NCBI GenBank assembly: GCA_000320545.1
Contig: ADNK01000461.1
Coordinates: forward strand, 36,769-100,768
DNA length: 64,000 nucleotides
Direction: 5' to 3'
Source of the DNA: Bigelowiella natans CCMP2755
Taxonomy: Eukaryota > Protista > Cercozoa
In this document: positions 21,720-34,726 of the stretch, piece after piece
Layout of the letters: the number at the start of each line of letters is the position of its first letter
Position numbering within the stretch: the first letter of the stretch is position 1
Made by a program: the position numbers and the translations under genes
Notes under the pieces: generated by a model
What the model was told of the DNA's origin: nothing
What the model saw: the letters and a program-made list of their open reading frames with translations, nothing else
The model's database searches: none

Positions 21720-22620
21720 CATGTCCATCATGAGTGCACCTCACTAGATCAGGATGATCATTCTAGCATTGAAAACGTTCAATCCATTCTTCATTGCACC
21801 TGTCTCACGCACGTCACGTGCTTGCGGGAACAATGCGACATCCAGGTGTGGGCTGCACGTGATCTGCGATCTGCACAAATGGGCGAACTAGCGAAACCCG
21901 GGAATTTCACGTGACGGTTTCGCATGTTTCTGTCCGCAAGAATGACTGAAGCAATGCAGCGGCACTGCACGATTTGTGTGCGAAAAAAAATGACACGTTT
22001 TGGCTTGGTTCGAGAAAAAAACTCAATTTTTGAATGTGCTGGAGGTCAGCTTGTCTGGTTGTGACAAATGAATGAGGCCTGAAAAAAAAGCGCAAAATTT
22101 CGAAGTCACTGAACTCAAAATTTCGCAGCTTTCTCATTTTCGTCATGCCTGGTGCTCTGTCTGCTGTCCATCAGGATGGTCATGTGCTCAAGCGTGGTGT
22201 TTTCAAATTCACTTTTTGATCATGCGTGGCCGCACTAGATTGCACCGAAAATGAGAGAATTTTCTGCCTTTTTTTGCCCTCCTAGAATTTTTGCGCATTT
22301 CGCCTACTTGCACATCTAGACATGTGTGCAATCCGCATTTGCGCATCATGCATCACACCAAGCTTCACATTCGCATGCGAGATGGGTGATGACAGCATGA
22401 CAACGTAACGTGCACATTGAGGTGCACATCATTTCAACTTCGCCATGTGTGGTAGCTCAGCGCAAGATTGACACTGCTGATGCACATGACGTGAAATGAA
22501 TTAGCGAGATTACATCTGTCGTGCATGCATGTGAAATTGTATGTGCAGTGTGCAAGTAGTTCATTTTGAAAAACTGACTATGCTAGCATTCATCATTCAT
22601 GCATCAACAACTTCATGCAG
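21720..22620. other. TpA-depleted island 3 (element-like non-coding relic)
   Basis: Hand count: 9 TpA in 21721-22500, 6 in CTAG. No TpA in 21891-22235 despite many A and T runs. Confidence 0.9.
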
Positions 22621-22650
22621 AGTGGCCGAAACCTTGCACGAAGCGTACAA

Positions 22651-23652
22651 CTAGGAACCAGTGCAGCATGAAAAAATCCCTGCGACGATTTTTTTAAGAA
22701 TCTTGCGCCCACATGGAATGAAAGATGCGGAATACCTGCATTAATTTATAGTTAATTTTCAGGTGTCACATTTGCTAAATCTAAAACTTCAATTACCAAA
22801 CTAAAGCACAGAATTGAAAGATCAGAGCTCCAATTACAGCAAGTACGTTCCATGGAGGTGGAACCTACATTAATAATATTATCAACTTAATTACGACTTC
22901 AAAATATAACTCAAAATTTTCTTTCTTACCACAAATGCACAAACCAACGTGATTGCCATAGAAACCAAGTAGATTGTGGTCGCAAGCCTACCGATCCAAA
23001 ATAAAACAATCCGAATAAATTAGTTACACACTAGAGCAGCGAGTGCAAATTAATGAGTGAATAGATACCATCTCTCAGAGTCCCACATCTTCTTACACTG
23101 AGCGCATGGGCCCCATAGAAAGCATGTCCTACATTGTGCAATCTAATTTGAATAATTTGAGGATACGAACATATTTCTCAGGATGAAATAGATTAGTTTT
23201 ATAACCCAGCCATTGCAACCAAGTTGCCCGATGTGTAGAGTGCAGCAAATATTTCAGGTTGAGTAGTGATTTTAAGGACGAAGATTCCTCCCTGACAGAT
23301 TTCATACATTGTGTTCCTTCAACAGTTGATATGGAACTACAAGATACGATTCCATACTAAGAAAGAGAGGAAGGTTCCAATTCCGAAGCATACTCCCCAG
23401 CAGATAATTCTCTGTGTATGTGTAAAAATCAGTCAGACATGAAAATATTGGAAATTGGAGAGACAGCACTTACTGTTTTAAGGGATAGTTTCGGGCAATG
23501 CTCTCCGAATTGGTCCACCCAGCTATCCTCCTATAAAGCAGCCACAAAATTAAGGACTTTCTTCTATGAAGAACATCTCTTGTGATCCACCATATTGCGA
23601 CCTCTTCTTCGTCAGAAAATACATTCTTGAACTTTCTCCAGATTTTCGCCAT
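22651..23652 (-). CDS. SFT2: Got1/Sft2-family vesicle transport protein
   Basis: Spliced: CPKLSLKT|RIICWGVCFGIGTFLSFL, PEIFAALYTSGNLVAMAG|TCFLWGPCAQCKKMWDSER, LATTIYLVSMAITL, YSASFIPCGRKILKK...*. Confidence 0.88.
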
Positions 23653-24375
23653 TGTACAGATCTGTCATTCCGGTAGAATTTTAATCAACTCTTCCCATCG
23701 TCCCGACACTTTTTCTCATGATGAATTCTTCCTCTATTCTTTCATTTCTTCTCCCACTCTGTCCTTCATCCTCTCTCCTTTTTCTTTATCACACCTTTCC
23801 TACAAGATTATATTTTCTGTCTCTCTCTCTCTCTCCTCTTTCGCCTGACGTCTTTTGGTAGATTTGGGGCGGGACCAACTTTTCCCAAGCGATATTTTAA
23901 ACGATACTACAGGCCTGTAACGATCTTAAAATCATTATTTTGCTACCATCGTTTAAATAGAGCGACACGTCTTGTTGTTGTCGCAACTTCACATAGTCTC
24001 GTTGCTCGTAAAGCTACGCACTATTTTGTCAGGGTTGTCCTTCAAAATTAAAAAAATGGCAACAAAATAACACGTGCATCATTCATTCATTCATGTGGAA
24101 CCGTTTCGACAATAATTTTAGGTGTCTTCTGGGAGTTCGTAAAAATTACATGTTACTCATCAGACCCAAACTAAAATATCGGCGTACTCCTGAAAAGTTT
24201 CCAAAATAAACCAAACAACTTTTGGTGATTTCTCGTTGTTCTTTTTCTTCTTTTTTCAATAACATAAATAATAATATGACTAGCAAAAAAAGTTGTCCGG
24301 TCCCGTTTTTATGCTGGTAATATCTACTCGACATAATACTAGTCTCTCGAGAGCTTCACTCGTCGTAGAAACACG

Positions 24376-24894
24376 ATGTCCAAGTCGGCCTTCTGGGTAG
24401 GACTCAAGGCTCTCCCCCTCCTTCACATCATCATCCTCACTTCCGTTCCTTATTTTTCGTCCTCTTTTCAATTTTTATCATCGTTTGAATTAATTCCCTT
24501 TTCATTTCAGTTTTCAGCTTTCAATGGGAGGGTCACTAAGACTTATCGAAAGCTTCTCCAAGAAATGCGCAGGAAAAATAAGGAATCCAAGTTTCTCCCG
24601 CAAGTAATCAAATCATTTAGGTCCAAAAAGAAGGACTCAAAAGTTCCAAGTAAGTACGAGATTAAACTGCAAAAATATGCTGAGGATTACTCCGTCATGC
24701 TAGCGTCATTGCACACATACGAACAACTTCTAAAAGAAGAAGGATGGGGAGAGCCGAGAAACGAGGCAGAAAAAATGAAAAATCTTGCGAATCACTGTGG
24801 ATTAGAGCTCCCAGGACATACGAGAGAATTACCTGAAGATGATGCTGGTGCTGGTCAAGCAGAAAGTGTGATTGAGAAGAATGAACCAGCATGA
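24376..24894 (+). CDS. FMC1: FMC1-like (LYR-related) mitochondrial complex V assembly factor
   Basis: In-frame intron 24397-24510 gives MSKSAFWFSAFNGRVTKTYRKLLQEMRR. C-terminal AEDYSVMLASLHTYEQLL...KNLANHCGLELP resembles the FMC1 C-terminal motif. Confidence 0.65.
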   Translation: MSKSAFWVGLKALPLLHIIILTSVPYFSSSFQFLSSFELIPFSFQFSAFNGRVTKTYRKLLQEMRRKNKESKFLPQVIKSFRSKKKDSKVPSKYEIKLQKYAEDYSVMLASLHTYEQLLKEEGWGEPRNEAEKMKNLANHCGLELPGHTRELPEDDAGAGQAESVIEKNEPA

Positions 24895-25019
24895 GTTCAG
24901 GTGGGGGAAATGAAATCAACAAGAAATGTGGTTGTGGGATTTTACTCAAAAAATATCTGCTCCCCAGCATACGTAGATGTAGCATCATCAGGCGCAAGAG
25001 AAATGAAGCATGCATGCAT

Positions 25020-25400
25020 GTCCATGTTATCTAGTTATATCTAGACATGTAGATATATAGATGTGTTGCGATGCGCAGTCCAGCACGAACTCGCGATGCG
25101 ATCGCAGCTAGCTAGCTCTAGAGCTGGTAACAGCTGGAATGACATGAGCAACATGTTGCTTGCCTGTGCGTGGCCCATAGCACGCCACGTTACGTGCCTG
25201 AATCATCGCAATCAACGACGACGCTCATCATGCATGTTGTCACGTGCAAGCAAATATGAGCTATTTATTAGCAGATGAACATGCTATAGCACTGTAGCAT
25301 GCATGGCGCTAGCTAGATGGCACACAGCAACAATGCGTGCGTGCGCTCGTGCCTTCACCATGATACCAAGAGTCTTTATTTATTTGGGCACAGCTAGACA
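25020..25400. other. CTAG-rich intergenic tract
   Basis: About 8 CTAG in ~400 bp (gctagctagctctagag, gctagctag) between two convergent 3' ends. Confidence 0.7.
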
Positions 25401-25585
25401 GCACCCCAAAAAATTCGGCTGTAACAATTCGTAATAATGTGCTTCACATCGACTGCAATTGTCTGTCTGCTGGGCCAATGATAATAATATTTCGCCGAAC
25501 GTACATCTAGAATATGTATCAGGGCTGCGCAATGTTGTTCGTGATATAATGTGCGTTTTCTTAAAACAAATTTATTATCCCGTAT

Positions 25586-28267
25586 CTAACTAGTATGGTA
25601 TTTACAAAGGGATGTAGCTTCTTTCGGGCCCGAAATTTCATAATATTGACCCGGATGCTTTTCCTTTGCATACAACCTCTGCGCATCGACGAGATTCGGA
25701 GAATTGTGATCAAAAAATACTATGAAGTCGCAGTAAGTTTCGTAGAACATTGTTGAACCCTGATTTTATCATTGATTACATTAGAATCTTGTGTGATGTA
25801 TGTAACGAGGCCAATGTCGAAAAGAAAGCAAGTATCAGTTTGTACTTACAATACCAACAATTGAAATTTTTTGTCCGACCTGTAATTGCAACACAGTAGC
25901 CAAAATGGATCGGATCCTTTCGTCGTACAACTCAACTGAAGATGAAAAACTCGCAAATATTCCGTTCCTATTACGCACCAATGCCTGCTCCAAACGATGA
26001 AGGAAAATACCAATATTTCTTGTCACACGAAAGCCTGTATTGATGCCGACACCCTGTTTTAACACAAAATTTATTATGCTGGAAACTATGGTAATTTATC
26101 TGAATAAAGAAGCTGGACTCTCCTTGTTTCTTCCTCATATATATTCTGCAACTAACTGCCTGCTGGTGTAGACTACTACCAAACGATAATGTGCTGTAGA
26201 TAGAGCATCACCCACGAGAAGAATAGCTCCAGCAACAAAAGTGGTTGTGTCCTTAATCCCGGCTTTATCATCATCATCACCACCACCAGCTACTTTTTGA
26301 AAGATAGTCTGCTGCTGTGTCAGTATTTTGGAGGTATCCGAAGCGACATTGACAGTCACGGGAAAGATTCCAGCCTCAAGTCTGCAGCAGCAGCAGCAGT
26401 CGAAGCAACAGAAACAGTATCCATGTATAAACAACAACAACGATAAACAAAAACAACGATATACACAACTCCAAATTCATGCAAACCAATCGCGTGCCAC
26501 CTCATATCCTAAGTATCTTTGCACAAGAACAATAGAACATATCTTTCTTACTTTCCATTGTGTTTCTTTGCTATCCTAGCCCTCATATCTTGCACATTTT
26601 TAAAGGGTTTTTTAAGTACTACACGACAAACTTCGAGAATAGTTTGCCAGGGAAGATGTCCATCCCCTCCCCCGATATTTCTTCTTTTCTCTTCAATAAT
26701 TTTGTCGCCCTTCTCCCGCGTGAATAAGAACTGCATTTGACAATGACCGAAATAGAATCTCTGACAAAAGTATATTGTAACATCCCCAACTTGTCAATAA
26801 TCAAAACGTTGTTAAGCGACAGAGAGAAGACAGTTTAATATTCTAATATCTATGTTATACAACCTTGAACACAGCAGTGACTCCCTCCACTAAGAACCCT
26901 ACATAGTAAGGATCTTGCCCTTGAGCGTCATCTCTAGTTTCAGGACATTTACCGCTCATTTCTTCGGCCTATATATCATCAGGAAGTAGAAGAATACAAT
27001 CAATGAACCCACAATTAGTGGAATACGGCCTCACCCATTTTTCTAAAGCGGTAGCATATGATGTGATTCATCAAGGAAAACATTTCTGGATTCTGCTACG
27101 CGCTGCTTTCGACGGCATAATACGGTTATACTCACTATTCGATCCAAAATTACAAGTAGTACAACGAATTTTCATCATCATCATCATCATAATAATACAG
27201 TAATGTTACCTTGAACGTAATGATCATTGAAACCTTGATATCAAATAAATCAAATGCATTCATTAATGCATCTTTGCTGAATTCCGACCCGTCATTACGA
27301 TACAAGTAACACTACTACAACATAGTTACAAAACACACCTGTTTCAATCCTTTGACGTGGTGTGTCGTCATGGACTTCCGGGTACTCCTCGTAAAACTTA
27401 GATTGAAGCTCTGTATATAGATGATTATGAACGATGGACAATCAAATCAATAGTGAAATCTCCTCCTGTATCGACTACGATCCCGATTGAAAAGGAAGAC
27501 ACCCAATAAATGCCTCGTAAGCGAGAGGTCACAGGTATTTTCTTTTTTGAGTAAAAGAATACATGCTAGTCCTCATTATCATCATCATATTCTTCTTCTT
27601 CTTTTCCCTCTTCATCAAAACTACCTGTAACGGTTCATGTAAAATATTTACCGAGCGAGCTACGGCACTCTTTGCACCGTCCGCTGCAACTAGAACGTCA
27701 AATTCTTGACAAAGAAATGTATCGTCGCTGCAAATGAATCCCCGGTTTTTTTTACAAATACGGACGCCGGTCTCTGTTCTGATATGATCATTATCCTCAT
27801 TTCTTCTTTCTTTCTTCTTCAATTCCTCCTTCTTCTCCTCCTTCCTCCCCACGATCTCTCTTTCTGTGGCATCGATTGCATCCGCTCTTCTTTTCACATC
27901 AGAGTCAGATGAAAGTCGTCTATTTCTAGTTGCAATGGCCACAAACGAAGACGATATAGGTAACGAAGACGAGGACGAAGACGAGGATGATGATGCTTTC
28001 AAATTGCTGTTTCTTCTGGTGGTAGTAGTCGTTGCATCACCAGCAGAAGTATCATCACTCGCATTGTAGTAGCATATGTGCTGAAACTCGCTTCCATATT
28101 CTATTGATATCCCAACTGTAAGCGCAACCTTAGAGTAGTAATGAATCAGAATATATCACTTTTGGTTTTCTCTTCTTCAATATCTTATCACACTCACTTT
28201 TGCAAGGAATCTTTCTAAGGAAGCAGCCCTGACTGTATAGGCAGTCCGGTTTCCACTGAGAGCACGT

Positions 28268-28299
<32 letters not shown>

Positions 28300-29404
28300 A
28301 GTGGAGTTCATATTATTAACAACTGATAATAGATTAAAATGAGCAGGAGGAACGGGGAGGAGATAGGGAGGGGGGGGGACGATCTCTACGTAATAACATA
28401 CGGGAATTCCGATAGCTTTCGGTCGCCAATTTGATGGAAGTACCCCAAATCTGAAAATATTCATTCGAAGACAAAATTTTACTTATACTTGGAGCTAGTA
28501 AACATCTACTCTTTTACATCTGAAAATCGCATATCTACACCATGAGGATTCATCTTCCTATTCTCAAAAAAAAAATAGTCTTCTTCATCATCATAGTACT
28601 AGTGATTACCTTGAAGGACGGTGAGAGTATTATACCATGGTGGAGGATACAAGTCGAACCAAATGTCTCTGCTATAACCGGTTCGCTTTTCCAGAACTGT
28701 TACCTTTTCTGAGAAATAGTTGCTCCATGCCTCGACAGCAGCTAGCAAACCGACAGGTCCTGCACCGACAACAACCACCCTTTGTCGTCGTAGTGGTGGT
28801 AGTTGTGGTGCCGATGGGGGGGATAGTGTATCTGATCTTCGCAGCCCTACGCTACGGACAATAGCGTTGATAAAATGTAAAGCCATACTTAACATCTTTT
28901 TGCTGTCATCATTATCCAAACAACCCTCAATCGCATTTACTTTGAACAAAGACTGAATCTGATGCTCGAAGAAGTGCTGTAAATCGTAGTCTTCTTCCAC
29001 TTGTCCTGCATGTCTACTCTTATTTAATATTACATTATACAGAAGGGATAACGTCGTTTGGTGAGTCGTCGGATACCGAAGATCATACCAAATGCGGCTG
29101 CCAGTAGGTTCTTTCTCTTCTTTTTCTCTTTCTTCGCCATATTTAGCTAGATCAAGGTGGTGAAACGCATCCTCGTTCACAGCATACTTCAGAAAGCTAA
29201 GTATCTGTGAAATAAAATCTTGTTCAGATGTCATCGATAATTCTATCTATTCGGCACCTGCGAACAGGGCTCCTCTGCCCCTCCTCTGCCTTCATGATGC
29301 TGCTCGGTGTAATATTCCAAGAGCAAGGATGCTCCAGCAGCCAAGATAGTCGCAAATACGATCGAAGACACGATGGCTCCCTCGTGCTCCCTCCTCCGAC
29401 GCAT
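25586..29404 (-). CDS. FAD-dependent monooxygenase, MICAL-like monooxygenase domain, multi-exon
   Basis: VVVVGAGPVGLLAAVEAW...VTVLEKRTGYSRDIWFDL (GxGxxG), FDVLVAADGAKSAV (DG motif), ILLVGDALSTAHYRL|GVGINTGF (GD motif). Last exon ends TAG 25588-25586. The 5' join between ATG 29404 and the 29234 ORF is unresolved. Confidence 0.82.
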
Positions 29405-29536
29405 GACCCCTATAGAGTGCTAGTTGGATCCTTCAACCATTGACTTTGATGATGATGATGATGATCGATCTTCCCTGATTGGGCATAGGTCTATGGTTGA
29501 TCATTCATTCATGTGGAGCGGTGCTCTCATTCTTTC

Positions 29537-29595
<59 letters not shown>

Positions 29596-29596
29596 G
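29537..29596 (+). repeat. (GTT)~20 microsatellite in a divergent intergenic region
   Basis: Read directly. Confidence 0.95.
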
Positions 29597-30187
29597 GTAA
29601 ACTAGGAAATTCTACCTAGATCTACCAAAACTATCATAATACGATTTTCTTTTTCTTCTCGGCAACTAATCTGCTGCTGATGCCTTTTTATTAAGATTAA
29701 CTTTATCCCCCCGGCTCGAATCAGTTGGGCCCTACAGGGCTAAATGTTGCACTAAACGAAAGTCTCTTCTATGTTTTGAATGTTGTTTTGTTTGAAAAGG
29801 ATAGGTCTCGTCAATTAAGATGATGATCAATCATCTACTGAATTACCTGCTGCTGCACAGTTGGTTGTGAGTGATCGATAGACTACTTACTTCGGCACCA
29901 ACCTTCTAACCCTAACCCTTCTCTCTTCCCACTAACGAAGAAGAAGCCACTTATATTCGGAGGCAGTCGCTGCACGCCAGAACAGTACTCTAGCTCTCTT
30001 GTAAGCATCAGCAGCAGTAGTAGGTGCCAAAATCACCATGATTTAGCTCAGCTTTGTGATGACAGCTTCCGATAATCCATCGTGATTTCACACATTATTA
30101 TGGGCAGGTCGGGATGCACTGCTATTGATGAGGCTTAGCGACCAATTCAAGCGACACTGGCAAGAGATACGAATAGAGTGATTCATC

Positions 30188-31444
30188 ATGGGAAACCAAC
30201 AATTGGGCCCTAAAGCAGTCCGAAGGGCTCCTACGGTGTGATCATTCTCCTAACTGTAAATCGGTGAATCATTATATCTCGTGCATGTCTTTGCTTAAGA
30301 CGAGTGCTATGCTAATATTGGATGTGTATTAGGACATTGAAGTCGCACTGTTAGAAGACCTTCAGCGGAGAGCAATGAGCAGCGTCACAGACCCACAAAA
30401 CAAGCCCATTGTGACGGTGTGTGCAGCAGCAGCAGCAGCAGCAGCAGCATGTTCTTCTTCTTCTCTGCCATCTCTCACCGACTCAAGTTTTAATCTCCCA
30501 TCGCTTCTTTCTTTTCTTGTTCCTCCTCTCCTCCTCCTTCAGGACCTTCTCAAAAGGTTTTGGAATGCAGTGCAAGGGGAAAAGAAGGAGTTTATCCCGA
30601 AGGTGGGTGGATATAGTTGATGATGATGGTGATGATGATGAAGAAGAAGAAGATGATTTTAACAAATGATCCTCCGGGAAAATATGATGATTGTGCCATT
30701 GTTATCGCTTAGGGAAAAGAATGGCAAGGAATGGGCTTCCAAGGTTGCCAACAAGCAACAACTACATCCATCCATCCTCGACTTAACTTCTCGCCACCAT
30801 AACGATGAGCTTCAATCTCATCTTTCTATTTTTTTGGGTATATGAGATATTATTTAACACCTTTTTACAGGCGAAGATCCGTTAACCGATTTTAGAGCAG
30901 GAGGTCTTCTCGCTCTCGAGAATATAGTATTTTTCGTGGAAAAGTACACGGATCTAGCCACAAACATGATCGAACGAAGGTACTTATACTACTGCTACTA
31001 GATATCTTGCTACTATTCTTATTGATCTCTCATTCCTTCTCTCATTCCTCCCCGTATAAAGAAACTGGAATGTGGTGTGAAAATGGTGTTTGATTCTTAT
31101 ATGTGTGGATTGATTAATTGATTATAGGGAGATGAAATTATCCGATGATGGCAGCTTCATGCAGGTGACTGACTGCTCCACTATAAGTTTCGTCGTCATT
31201 CCATCCTTGAATGATTCAGTTGTTGTTCATTATATGATGCTGCTTTGATCGATCATCATCATTTTCATCAGAATCTATATTGTTGGTAATCAGCAGTTTG
31301 TGTAGTAAATATTTTATCATTAACCATCATCAGAATTATCCTTGGTCAGCGGCTGGTGTAAATGTCACGCACACTGCCATGGCACTTTTCGGCCTCTCGG
31401 CAAAGGTGTCGTACCTAGACACACGCACGCACACGCACACATAC

Positions 31445-31494
<50 letters not shown>

Positions 31495-31787
31495 TGGGAG
31501 AAAAGGAAAAACAACAACAGTGGGTGGTGTATGTTGGGGAAAGGCATGACAAAAAACAACAACAGTGTATGGTGTATGTTGGGAAAAGACATGACAAAAA
31601 TTGCAAAGTTCCCCTATTTTCCGGAAACAGTAGCTGAAATATCAAGGAGGATTTTGAGAATAATCTTGCACCACCACTATCATATTCTCATCCTCTTCTT
31701 CGTCGTCATCATTACTTTTTAATTTCCATTATCATCCTTAAGATATGAAGACTACTGCTTGCAATTGATTCACTGTGTTGTTGTTGT

Positions 31788-31827
<40 letters not shown>

Positions 31828-32448
31828 CATCGCCAGGGCAAGACTACAACACCAACAAAGGATTTATCACAAAAAAACAAGCGATTTTGGGAGCTGGTCT
31901 CTTCATCTTCTTCTTCTTCTTTATAACGGAGAGAGGGGGGGGGGGGGGGATAAGAGAAGGAGAAGAAGAAGAAGGGGGAACTTAGTATTCACTGATATTA
32001 CTTACTACTGTTTCCTAGGCAGCAGCAGATCTAGTAGTTGTTGTTGTTGTTGTTAATGTTTCTTCCGCAGAGGATACATTTCGCAGCTGCGAACAACACA
32101 TCCACCACCCGTTGTATGTAGTAGCAGCAGTAGTAGTAGTAGTAGTAGTAGTAGCAGTAGTAGTACCTTTCATACAACAGGAACATTCAATCACATCACC
32201 ATCCACGTTTTCTGTAGCATTTTCTCTCCTCGAAGAAATTTGTCATATCCGGCGTGTGATTCTCCCCCCTCCTCCCTCCCTCCCATTGCGTTGTTTTGTT
32301 GTATTCTTCTTCCCTTTAGGCACTTTATTTTTCCGAAGTTTATTGCGTGGCGTTTAAGCTAATGGATGATAAGTACACGGGTAAGTAGTAAGGCGAAGCA
32401 AGAAGAAGACCATGTATGTTGTATATATGTGTGAGTGTGTGTGAGTGT

Positions 32449-32480
<32 letters not shown>

Positions 32481-32617
32481 TGTTATAGATAGTGCCTAAG
32501 AAGTATCATTAATGTAGTATCTAGGCCCACTACCTTGAAATATTCAACAACACAACATTTAGCAGTAAGATGGGTTGATTGCTTGGTTCGTCAATGATCT
32601 ACTGCTCTTCATTTCAC

Positions 32618-32650
<33 letters not shown>

Positions 32651-33160
32651 CTCAACATTGTCCATTATTTACCAGCGATCTCTTCAGTATGCGGAATTGA
32701 TGTCCACCTTGAAACAATATTTTCTACTTTTCCTATGATTTTTATAATTATTGTTTATTTGCTTTGCTTTTGGTTGGCAGAAATGAAGGCAACATACCTC
32801 AGTTTCAACAAGGTGCTGTGTGTCGTTCTCCTAAGAACCAAATAAGAAGAAGAGTAACCTGTGTGTGGGGGAGAGAAACAATAATAATAATACGGGTTGT
32901 GGTATAAGAGCGGAAGACAAAACGATGGCGACAGCGATAATAATAGATGGCGCTCAAAACCTTGAAAACGATCTCCTCTTACCCCCTTCCCCCCCCCTCA
33001 GGTCCTTGAGGCGGCGCGAGAAGAGCTGAACGACTTGTTGAAACATACGGGAGTCCAGGACATATTTAAGAATGTAGTTTGTTGATAGAATGTAATTTAT
33101 CGATTCAAGAAGAAGAAAAGGGTGCTGCTGCTCGTCGTGTGGGCAACCTTTGTATATGTA

Positions 33161-33208
<48 letters not shown>

Positions 33209-33440
33209 GCTTAAAAATGTGTAGGTATATTATGCTGCATAATACAACTTCCGCCTCGAATATTGTGCATAAAAACGTCTGCCCCGGAATAAGAATATAC
33301 TTGCAAGAACTCGGCACGTATACGCGCACACACACACATACACACACTCACTTACTCACACAGCTGCTTCTCCCCCCTCGTAGGAGCAGCAGCCGCTATC
33401 GCTTTTCCTAAATGAACGACGGGTAAAACAGCAGAACCTG

Positions 33441-33474
<34 letters not shown>

Positions 33475-33766
33475 ACCCCGCTTAATGATTCAGCACAGAA
33501 TCGATATATTACAACAATCATCATCATCATCATCATCGTTATTATTACTACTGCAGAGATCTGGTTCGTTTTCAAGCATTGAGCCGCAGCAGCGGTCACG
33601 ATCGAATTCTCCCCCTCGTGATGATAAGTATACAAAGGGTAATAATAATAATAATTCAACCCCTTTTATCATCATATTTATATGCATATCCATCGTGAAG
33701 TAATCAGAGATACTACTAGAAGATATTATCCGTTCTCATGTCAAATTCTAAAAAGCATATATATCA

Positions 33767-33798
<32 letters not shown>

Positions 33799-34683
33799 CA
33801 CAACTAAACAGAAACAAAAAGCAATGGCGAGAACGACAAGGGTACTGCTAATAAAGGGGGGGTTGATATGTCACCATCACACTACTAGTGGTTTTAGTAC
33901 TAGCACTTGTGCTAAATACTATTTACATCCATCGTCATCAAAATCTTCGTTGTACTATGATAGATCCTCTATACTTCTACTACTGCTACTACTGCTACTA
34001 ATAAGAGCCAGGCGATAAACCGAGTAAGACAATGGTAAAGCATCTTTTTGCAGTGCATAAGGTAATAATAGTACATCATCAACATAATAATAATAATAAT
34101 AATAATAATAATATTGATAACACAAATAAGTAGCACCACCACAAGCAGTATCAGCCATAAATAGCTGTTTGATCATGATCACCATTAGCCTTCCCTCTCT
34201 CCTACCTACTACCTCTGCGGCCGACCTATTTTCTCTTCTTCTTGTTATATATAATATCTAATAGCGCATTGTGGATGGATGTGAGCTCCTAAGAGTGGCT
34301 GAGGAGAAGCTTGCAAGTGGTGGAAACAAGGTTAGTACTCTCGTCGTAGTACAAGTAGCAGTCACCACCTTGGTTGTCAACTATCGGGCTTCTTTTCCAT
34401 AATTATAATATAATACGAAATCACCTTGGTTGTCAACTATCGGGCTTCTTTTCCATAATTATAATATAATACGAAATCACCTTGGTTGTCAACTATCGGG
34501 CTTCTTTTCCATAATTAATTACATAATATTGGTCGCCGGCATCGAAAACCTTGATGGAGGAGGAGGAGGAGATCACGACGTTGAACAAAAATCCGTATCT
34601 CTCTCTCTCTCTTCAACACACACACATACACATACACATACAAACCATCACATGGTAATTGCAAAACTGAATGCCGTCTCTCG

Positions 34684-34726
<43 letters not shown>

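Noticed and set aside
21872-22320. MITE or Helitron call for island 3 (hairpin next to CTAG, weak terminal similarity ggcgaa)
   Set aside because: Terminal match too short, no TSD, hairpin-to-CTAG spacing atypical, and no second copy in the window. Left as an unclassified relic.
330-22620. Classical RIP or CpG-methylation decay as the cause of the TG/CA-rich islands
   Set aside because: Those processes deplete CpA/TpG or CpG and raise TpA. Here TpA is lost and CpG is abundant.
25594-26043. Plus-strand reading NGSDPFRRTTQLKMKNSQIFRSYY... as a separate gene
   Set aside because: Antisense to monooxygenase exons that carry the conserved GD...G.G.N motif.
29906-29918. Telomere-like CTAACCCTAACCC
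   Set aside because: Only two units; expected by chance.
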